Origin: an uncultured Pseudomonadota bacterium | GTDB lineage: Bacteria > UBA10199 > JADFYH01 | DNA length: 64,000 bases | Direction of reading: 5' to 3' | Assembly (NCBI GenBank): GCA_964556135.1 | Contig: CAZKUY010000002.1 | Coordinates: 27,259-91,258 of the forward strand | In this document: in pieces, positions 55,274 to 64,000 of the stretch | Layout: each line of letters starts with the position of its first letter | Numbering within the stretch: position 1 is the first letter of the stretch | Translations under genes and position numbers: made by a program | The notes under the pieces: model-generated | Told to the model about the DNA's origin: nothing | Database searches by the model: none | Seen by the model: the letters and a program-made list of their open reading frames with translations, nothing else

Positions 55274-56395
55274 ATGGAATTCAAAATAAAAAGAACTGAA
55301 TTTCTCAATGCATTAAGTTGGACTCAATCGGTTGTAGAAAAGAAAACAACCATGCCCATACTTTCTAATGCACTTTTAGAAGTTGAAAAAGATAGATTGA
55401 GAATTTTAGCAACGGATCTTGAAGTGGGAGTCATCACTCATGTTCCTGCCCAAGTAATTCATGAAGGAAAAATTTGTGTTTCTGCAAAAAACCTTCATGA
55501 CATCGTTCGCGAATTGCCTGCCGATGAAATTCATATAAAGAAAAAAGATCAAAATCGAATTGAAGTAAAAGCAGGTAAATCTCAGTTTAAAATTGTGGGA
55601 TTGCCAGCAGAAGATTTTCCTAATTTACCGAGTGTGGAAGGAAAAAATTCTTATCCTCTTGAAACCATTGGCCTTAAAGGCATGTTAGATAAAACTATCT
55701 TCGCTATTTCAAATGACGAAAGCCGTTATAATTTACATGGTGTGTATTTAGAACAGACTGGAGATAAAACTTTACGGATGGTGGCCACCGATGGACATAG
55801 ACTTTCTTTTGTAGATCGCGATGTAAGCCAGAGCGTAAAATTAGCGAAGGGTGTTATTATTCCTAAAAAAGCCGTTTATGAATTGAAAAGGCTAGTAGGA
55901 GACATGGAAACCGGCGGTTCTCAAAGTGAGAGCATTCAATTTAATATTGATGGTCGAAATTGTGTCGCTCAGAGAGGAAACGTTACTCTCGTTGCCAGAT
56001 TAATCGATGGAGAATTTCCAGATTATAAACCCGTCATTCCGAAGGGACCTTCCAAAATGATGGTGGTCGATCGCGAAGCCTTAATGGGCGCTTTAAAAAG
56101 AGTTTCTCTTCTGGTGAATGATCGATCGCGAGGTGTTCGATTTTTGGTGAATACGGGAATTTTAGAATTAAGTACTTCGAATCCAGATTTAGGTGAAGCG
56201 AAAGAAGAATTAGTGGTGGATTATACAGGCGAAAAAATCAGTGTGGGTTTTAACGCCCGTTATTTTTTGGATGTTTTGAATGTGGTCGAAGATGAAAAAG
56301 TGGTCGTGGAACTCAACGGTGAAGTAGGTCCCTGCGTGATTCGATCCGAGTATGACAGGGGATTTTTGACAGTTATCATGCCTATGAGGATTTAA
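55274..56395 (+). CDS. dnaN: DNA polymerase III beta sliding clamp
   Basis: 373 aa with a three-domain clamp pattern, directly after dnaA. Confidence 0.95.
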   Translation: MEFKIKRTEFLNALSWTQSVVEKKTTMPILSNALLEVEKDRLRILATDLEVGVITHVPAQVIHEGKICVSAKNLHDIVRELPADEIHIKKKDQNRIEVKAGKSQFKIVGLPAEDFPNLPSVEGKNSYPLETIGLKGMLDKTIFAISNDESRYNLHGVYLEQTGDKTLRMVATDGHRLSFVDRDVSQSVKLAKGVIIPKKAVYELKRLVGDMETGGSQSESIQFNIDGRNCVAQRGNVTLVARLIDGEFPDYKPVIPKGPSKMMVVDREALMGALKRVSLLVNDRSRGVRFLVNTGILELSTSNPDLGEAKEELVVDYTGEKISVGFNARYFLDVLNVVEDEKVVVELNGEVGPCVIRSEYDRGFLTVIMPMRI

Positions 56396-56401
56396 AATTC
56401 G

Positions 56402-57574
56402 ATGGATTTTGGAGCCCAGTATAAAAAAATCTCAAACGAAAATCTCGTCGGGCATCCTCTTTCGCTCTTAGAACTAGAAAATTTTCGCAATCTTTCCTTT
56501 GATCGTCTTTTACCTCACCCGCGCTTTAATTTTTTTTTTGGAGACAACGCTCAGGGAAAAACTTCTATTCTAGAAGCCATTTATTTTCTTTCTGAGTTAA
56601 AATCCTTTCGTTGCCAAGACTTAGCTCCCCTGGTGCAACATGAAAAACAAAAGGCTTTTTTAAGAGCAGAGTTTTCGCTCGAGGGAATTTCTTACGATCT
56701 CAAATCTTCCATTTCAGCCAATCATAAAGAAATTTATTTGAATGGGAAAAAGCCTCGACCTTATTCCAAGCTGCGCCAAATTTTGCCCATCGTCCTTTTT
56801 ACCCCGGATTCCATTCGGCTTTTTAGAGTGGCTCCGGGAGAGAGAAGAACTTATTTTGATCGATTTTTTTCTTTATTGAGCGTGGACTACGAAAGTGGTT
56901 TGGAAAATTATCAAAGTGTTCTCAAGCAAAAGCTTAGTCTTTTGGAATTAGCGAGAGAATCCGGCCATTTATCGAGAGATCAAATGGAAATTTGGGATGA
57001 AAAACTTAAGTTTTGGGGCGCCAAACTTTCTTTTGCTAGATTTCAATGGACTCAGCGTCTTTCCGAAAAATTAGCGAGTTATTTTAAAAGCCTTTCTGGA
57101 GGAAAATGGAAAGTCGATTTAAAATATGAGCCTTATTTTAAACAAATACAAAAAGACCAAAGCGAAAAACAAATGGAGGCTGCAATTTCAGCCGAAATTC
57201 AAAATCGCAAACAAGACGAATTAGAAAGAGCTCAGGTTTTAGTCGGACCTCACCGAGACGATTGGACTCTATGGCTTGGTGGACAAAAACTCAAAGAAGA
57301 AGGTTCGCAAGGTCAACATCGAGTCAGTGTAGCGGCTTTAAAACTCTCTGAAGTGGCCTTACTGCAAAGCATAGGAAAAAATCCTTTAGCACTTTTTGAT
57401 GATTTACTGAGCGAGCTTGATTTGCAAAGGTCTCGACAGATGCTAGAAACTTTAAGTGAATGTGATTGCCAAGTATTTTTGACTTCGGTCACTCCCTTGG
57501 GAATTCCTCTTAAAGGTCTTGAAGGAATTGCTTTTGAGTTGAAACAAGGACAATTATTCCAAGCTTCTTTATAA
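56402..57574 (+). CDS. recF: DNA replication and repair protein RecF
   Basis: Walker A GDNAQGKTS and an SMC-like signature region. dnaN-recF-gyrB order. Confidence 0.9.
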   Translation: MDFGAQYKKISNENLVGHPLSLLELENFRNLSFDRLLPHPRFNFFFGDNAQGKTSILEAIYFLSELKSFRCQDLAPLVQHEKQKAFLRAEFSLEGISYDLKSSISANHKEIYLNGKKPRPYSKLRQILPIVLFTPDSIRLFRVAPGERRTYFDRFFSLLSVDYESGLENYQSVLKQKLSLLELARESGHLSRDQMEIWDEKLKFWGAKLSFARFQWTQRLSEKLASYFKSLSGGKWKVDLKYEPYFKQIQKDQSEKQMEAAISAEIQNRKQDELERAQVLVGPHRDDWTLWLGGQKLKEEGSQGQHRVSVAALKLSEVALLQSIGKNPLALFDDLLSELDLQRSRQMLETLSECDCQVFLTSVTPLGIPLKGLEGIAFELKQGQLFQASL

Positions 57575-57604
57575 TTAAATTGATCTGAAAATTCATTATG
57601 ATAG

Positions 57605-60079
<2,475 letters not shown>

Positions 60080-60199
60080 TCATCGATTCTCCGAAACAAT
60101 GCAGGTCTTTTAACCGAAAAGAACATTTGCAGCTTTGGGGCTTCCCCGCTTATAATATTCAGATAAACCAAAATTGGTAGTAATTCCAAGGAGATAAAT

Positions 60200-60679
60200 A
60201 TGGGTAGATTGACCTTAAATGACTTAGATGTTGAAATTCCTGCAAATTGGCAGGACCAGGGCATGGTGACTCTGACTATTCCTTCCACAGATAAAAATGT
60301 TCGACCGAACATTATTTTGACTAAAGAAAGACTCAATCAACCCGTCGATTTAAAGACCTATTTTGAAAAAATTAAAGAAGCTGTGAAAGCTCGCGGTATT
60401 CAAAGCTTTAAAATTGTAGATGAAAAGCAAATCAGTGTCGGTGGCGTTCCTGCGATGCAAATGGTTTGTCAGTGGGACTTGGCCTCAATGAAACAAATGT
60501 TGGGTGAAGAAACTCCCGCTTTGAAAAACATCCAAGCCGGTCAAAAAGTGCAGCAAATTCAAATCACCTTAATTCGTGATTCGGTGGCCATTAATATCAC
60601 GGCAAGTTTTCCCGGCGACCAATTTGAAATTTATGCGCGTCCTTTTCAAAAATTCATTCAAACAATGAAATTCAATTAA
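60200..60679 (+). CDS. Hypothetical protein (159 aa)
   Basis: Good RBS (AAGGAGAT) 7 nt upstream of the ATG. Followed by a strong terminator. Confidence 0.6.
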   Translation: MGRLTLNDLDVEIPANWQDQGMVTLTIPSTDKNVRPNIILTKERLNQPVDLKTYFEKIKEAVKARGIQSFKIVDEKQISVGGVPAMQMVCQWDLASMKQMLGEETPALKNIQAGQKVQQIQITLIRDSVAINITASFPGDQFEIYARPFQKFIQTMKFN

Positions 60680-60711
60680 TTTAAAATTAATATTGGATTT
60701 TAAAATTTTCA

Positions 60712-60749
60712 TCCTCTTTCGATTCTAAAATCGGAAGAGGATTTTTTTT
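60712..60749 (+). terminator. Intrinsic terminator
   Basis: An 11-bp stem with one G-U pair, TCCTCTTTCGA...TCGGAAGAGGA, followed by TTTTTTTT. Confidence 0.8.
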
Positions 60750-60829
60750 ACTTCGATCACTGGAGCGAGAGTGTTTGTTGGCCATGGATATTTCTATACT
60801 TTTTTAAATTCAAGTTCTAAACTTAGCGA

Positions 60830-61264
60830 GTGAAAATTTTAGCTTTGGATATTGGCGACAAAAGAATTGGCATCGCAACCTCTGATATTTTAGGAGTGAG
60901 CGTTTGGCCGCAAAAAAAATTCCTGCGTCAAAATATTGAACAAGATTATGAAAAATTAGCAGAGCGAATTGAAGAGCATGAGCCGGAAGTGATTGTGGTG
61001 GGATTACCGGTCAATATGGATGGCAGTGAGGGTCCTCAAGCCAAAAAAGTGCGTCAATTTATTGCCAAACTTGAAAAAAAAATGAGTGAAATTTTAAGTA
61101 AATCCTTTAGCATCGAATGGGTGGATGAACGACTCAGTTCTTGGGATGCAGAAAATAAACTCCGAGAAAAAGGTCTTAAAGGCAAACAAGTCAAAGAAGC
61201 GGTGGATTCTGCCGCGGCCTGTTTGATGTTAGAAGATTATTTGCGTTCGAAAGGGAAATTATGA
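60830..61264 (+). CDS. ruvX: Putative pre-16S rRNA nuclease / Holliday-junction resolvase-like YqgF (RuvX)
   Basis: GTG start. N-terminal KILALDIGDKRIGIA, the RNase-H-like YqgF motif. Confidence 0.85.
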   Translation: MKILALDIGDKRIGIATSDILGVSVWPQKKFLRQNIEQDYEKLAERIEEHEPEVIVVGLPVNMDGSEGPQAKKVRQFIAKLEKKMSEILSKSFSIEWVDERLSSWDAENKLREKGLKGKQVKEAVDSAAACLMLEDYLRSKGKL

Positions 61265-62376
61265 AAAAGACCATTTGGCTTTTACTTTTAGTTTTATTGG
61301 GAGTGGGAGTTTATTACGGATATTCTTTTTATTATTTTCCTCTTCAGCCTCAAGGGGGCCAAGCCTTGATTGAAGTTAAAAAAGGCATGGGTGTTCCTAG
61401 CGTAGTTCAAGAAATCAGCAAAGCAGGGCTTACGAATCATCCTAAGTGGTTGGAATATTATTTTCGTTATCGTGGAATAGCCTCCGTTTTAAAAGTGGGG
61501 GAATATGAATTTGGTCCGGGAGCAAGTCCTGAAATGATGGCGGATAAATTGATCAAAGGTGAAAGGATGCGTCGCAGCTTCACGATTCCTGAAGGTTACA
61601 GCGTTCGAGATATTGCGAAGCATTTAGGCGAAAAAGGAATCGTAGATCCGAATGCTTTCATGCTGCTCGCTTGGGCTCCAGACGCTGCCAGCAAGCAAAG
61701 CCTCGATGGCACTACGCTGGAAGGCTATCTTTTTCCTGACACCTACGAATACACCAAAGAGATGAAAGAGGCAGACATCCTCAACATGATGGTGAACAAT
61801 TTTAAGAAAAAAGCGGAAATAAAGTTGATGAATATTCCCAGTCAATTGGGTTTGAGTAAGTATCAAGCGCTGACTTTGGCCTCAATCGTTGAAAAAGAAA
61901 CGGGCCGAGGGGAAGAAAGACCGGTGATTGCGGGAGTTTTTTATAACCGTTTACGCGTCAATATGCCGCTGGCGACGGATCCCACCATCATTTATGGAAT
62001 TCCGAATTACGACGGGAATATTCGAAAGGTAGATTTGGAAAGAGATGGTCCTTATAATACGTATATTCGCGCAGGTCTCCCTCCCACACCCATCGCAAAT
62101 CCTGGTTTGAAAAGTATTGAAGCGGTTTTGAATCCTGCCCCAAATGATTTTATATTTTTTGTCAGTCGCGGGGATGGGTCCCATCAATTTTCCCGAACCC
62201 TCGAAGAACACAATGCAGCCGTTCAATATTATCAGTTGCAAGGTAGACCCGGATCGCAACCAGGAAGCATGCCCTCAAGTTTACCTGCGAGCTTGCCGAG
62301 CACTTTGCCGGCATTAAAACCGGCAAGTCTGCCTGCGAAACCTACCGCTCCCTTGTCGCCCACGGGAGTGCCTTGA
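61261..62376 (+). CDS. mltG: Endolytic murein transglycosylase MltG (YceG family) with a Pro/Ser-rich C-terminal tail
   Basis: N-terminal TM and a YceG domain (...GLPPTPIANPG...). It overlaps the ruvX stop by 4 nt (ATGA). Confidence 0.85.
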   Translation: MKKTIWLLLLVLLGVGVYYGYSFYYFPLQPQGGQALIEVKKGMGVPSVVQEISKAGLTNHPKWLEYYFRYRGIASVLKVGEYEFGPGASPEMMADKLIKGERMRRSFTIPEGYSVRDIAKHLGEKGIVDPNAFMLLAWAPDAASKQSLDGTTLEGYLFPDTYEYTKEMKEADILNMMVNNFKKKAEIKLMNIPSQLGLSKYQALTLASIVEKETGRGEERPVIAGVFYNRLRVNMPLATDPTIIYGIPNYDGNIRKVDLERDGPYNTYIRAGLPPTPIANPGLKSIEAVLNPAPNDFIFFVSRGDGSHQFSRTLEEHNAAVQYYQLQGRPGSQPGSMPSSLPASLPSTLPALKPASLPAKPTAPLSPTGVP

Positions 62377-62383
62377 TTTTAAA

Positions 62384-62716
62384 TTATTTTGGGCTTGGAA
62401 AAGCTTCGGTAATGGATTTTACGATTTGATTTAAATCGCTTTCACTCCATTGACCTTGAATTGGATTGAGATTTGAGTTCAAGTTGGACTCTACCTCTAG
62501 AGGGGGACTTTCAGCTTGGGAGAAGGCCTTTAATTTCCTAAGTTCTTGAATTTCAGCGTATTCTTGATAATCCACTAAAACTTTAAAAGGTCGTCCATGC
62601 CAAGTAATCACTACTTTGGCTTCTTTCTCTCGTAAAACTGAAGCGAAATTGGCGCGTGCTTCAGTAACATTATAAACTTTGAGTCGGCCGAGCTTTTCAT
62701 CTTCTAATTCAAACAT
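62384..62716 (-). CDS. Phd/YefM-family antitoxin-like protein with a C-terminal extension; no cognate toxin gene nearby
   Basis: N-terminal VYNVTEARANFASVLREKEAKVVITWHGRPFKVLV matches the Phd/YefM fold consensus. Confidence 0.55.
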   Translation of the reverse strand: MFELEDEKLGRLKVYNVTEARANFASVLREKEAKVVITWHGRPFKVLVDYQEYAEIQELRKLKAFSQAESPPLEVESNLNSNLNPIQGQWSESDLNQIVKSITEAFPSPK

Positions 62717-62950
62717 AGAAGCTTCCTTTTAATTTTTTTTCTTCCCAGAATTTTCTCAAAATAGAGCCTAATGCGAAGAATTTCAAAGAAAAATGAATTT
62801 ATCTTTATTTTTTTAGCAACTATATCAAGTGACCATCGAATTAATTCATAAGCATTAGAATTTTAACGGGAGAGATAGCCGCACTTTTCGGGAGATCCGG
62901 ATGGGTGTGCTATTAATTTTTTAATGAGCCCCAATTGGGGATAGGGAGTT

Positions 62951-64000
62951 ATGATTATGGCTCGAGAGTTACTCACGCGTCGTCATTCGTTTGCGGATGG
63001 ACAGTCTTCACAATTAACCCACAGTCAATTAAGCTTAGATTCTACACTGCATAGCTTTACGGAGCATGCTTCAGATCCTGTTTCGCTCGTCGCAATGACA
63101 GCAGGCTCTTTCACTTTCAGACTCGCTCGAATGGGTGCTTTACAAGGTCTGGCTTCTACCGCACTCAGTCGCGCCCCTCGATTTTTAATCAATAGTAGCG
63201 CAAATCTTTTTGCTCTCACCTGTGAAGTAAGTGCCTTTCGGGCGGCTTCCAATGGTTTAGGCTCGTTCGCGGGTCGTCCCACTCAGCCCGGAGTTTTTGA
63301 TGCGAATGGATGGAGAGGAACCTTTGTCGATTTCTTAGCTTTGAAGGGCATTGGACATTTAGGTGGAAATACCAATGTAGCGCTCACTCATTTTGCTCAA
63401 TCCAGTGCGATGGTTGCCGGACATGAAGCTTCTGCTGCTCTAGGATTCACGGATCATCAAGAAGGTACTTTAATTCAAAAACTAGCCGAAGCCGAAGCCT
63501 CCAACATCGCGATGGGTGCGGGTATGGCAGGTGCGGCTATTCTGACTCGTGGCAGAGTTCAACATATTGAAAGAGTTTTGGACGCTCGAATTCAAGCCTT
63601 AAGTATTCGTCGGTCTGCACATTCATTAGGAGATTCCTTAGGGGCGCGATCTTCAGAAATTGTTTCTATGTCAGGGCAAGCTGCCTTAGTCGCTATTCCA
63701 GGGGGAATGGGAACACCCGGAAATATTCGCGTGAGAGATGCAATCTATGAAGCACGTCCTACGCGTTTTCGATTCCGTGCTGAAACAGTGGGAAGAGGAG
63801 ATCCGCGCTTATCAGAGGCCGCTCGTTTGTATCAAGAAGAAGGTGCTGCCTCCTTGAAGAAAAGTGAAGGCGCTCAATACAAAGAGCCTCAAAATGCAGT
63901 CGAAGACATGTTGCAATTTATTGGTTTGTTAAATCGTCCGCTCACCGATGTGGCCATTCCCAGAGAAGCGATTCGGGAGCAATTGAGACGAGAAGTGGCT
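62951..64000 (+). CDS. Hypothetical protein, 3'-truncated by the window end (>350 aa), Ala/Ser/Gly/Arg-rich
   Basis: ATG at 62951 with GGGAG 6 nt upstream. The open frame runs to the last base of the window. It is absent from the supplied ORF track only because no stop codon is reached. Confidence 0.6.
   Translation, partial: MIMARELLTRRHSFADGQSSQLTHSQLSLDSTLHSFTEHASDPVSLVAMTAGSFTFRLARMGALQGLASTALSRAPRFLINSSANLFALTCEVSAFRAASNGLGSFAGRPTQPGVFDANGWRGTFVDFLALKGIGHLGGNTNVALTHFAQSSAMVAGHEASAALGFTDHQEGTLIQKLAEAEASNIAMGAGMAGAAILTRGRVQHIERVLDARIQALSIRRSAHSLGDSLGARSSEIVSMSGQAALVAIPGGMGTPGNIRVRDAIYEARPTRFRFRAETVGRGDPRLSEAARLYQEEGAASLKKSEGAQYKEPQNAVEDMLQFIGLLNRPLTDVAIPREAIREQLRREVA

Noticed and set aside
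63025-63282. 85-aa minus-strand ORF
   Set aside because: It is antisense to the stronger RBS-preceded plus-strand ORF that runs to the window end.

Overview
This window reads as the replication-origin region of a Bdellovibrio-like or Myxococcota-like Gram-negative chromosome, with mid-range GC by eye. The core block on the minus strand is ispB, bactofilin, parB, parA, rsmG, mnmG, mnmE, yidC, yidD, rnpA and rpmH. On the plus strand it continues with dnaA, a dnaA-dnaN intergenic DnaA-box cluster with an AT-rich unwinding element (candidate oriC), dnaN, recF, gyrB, ruvX and mltG. A perfect parS palindrome, TGTTTCACGTGAAACA, sits 4 nt upstream of mnmG.

Upstream are several other loci:
- a complete oppABCDF-type peptide ABC operon;
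- tlyA next to a form-IV RuBisCO-like protein (active-site KDDE conserved), then yjbQ, ispA, xseB and xseA;
- an accessory-looking patch at 18.1-25.8 kb, described below;
- gshB, an rluD-like gene, an Rsm22-like methyltransferase and an esterase;
- a vitamin-B12 uptake region: tonB and btuFCD-like genes, plus a cobalamin-riboswitch-controlled operon encoding a TonB-dependent receptor, two unusual lipoproteins (one Cys-rich, one beta-propeller-like) and a small beta-rich protein.

The accessory patch holds two paralogous secreted proteins. Each has a CSLREA-like N-terminal module, Myxococcus-type cysteine-rich or thrombospondin-type-3 repeats, and a MYXO-CTERM-like GC-plus-TM-plus-basic tail. 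Next to them are two paralogous proteins sharing a beta-rich barrel-like domain, and a patatin-like phospholipase. The two barrel-domain genes and the patatin gene are bounded by strong intrinsic terminators.

The window opens with a 1280-aa protein carrying several canonical EF-hand loops and ends with a truncated ORF of similar composition. I recognised no rRNA, tRNA, CRISPR array, transposase or integrase. Coordinates for features I derived myself (terminators, riboswitch, parS, DnaA boxes) may be off by a few nt.
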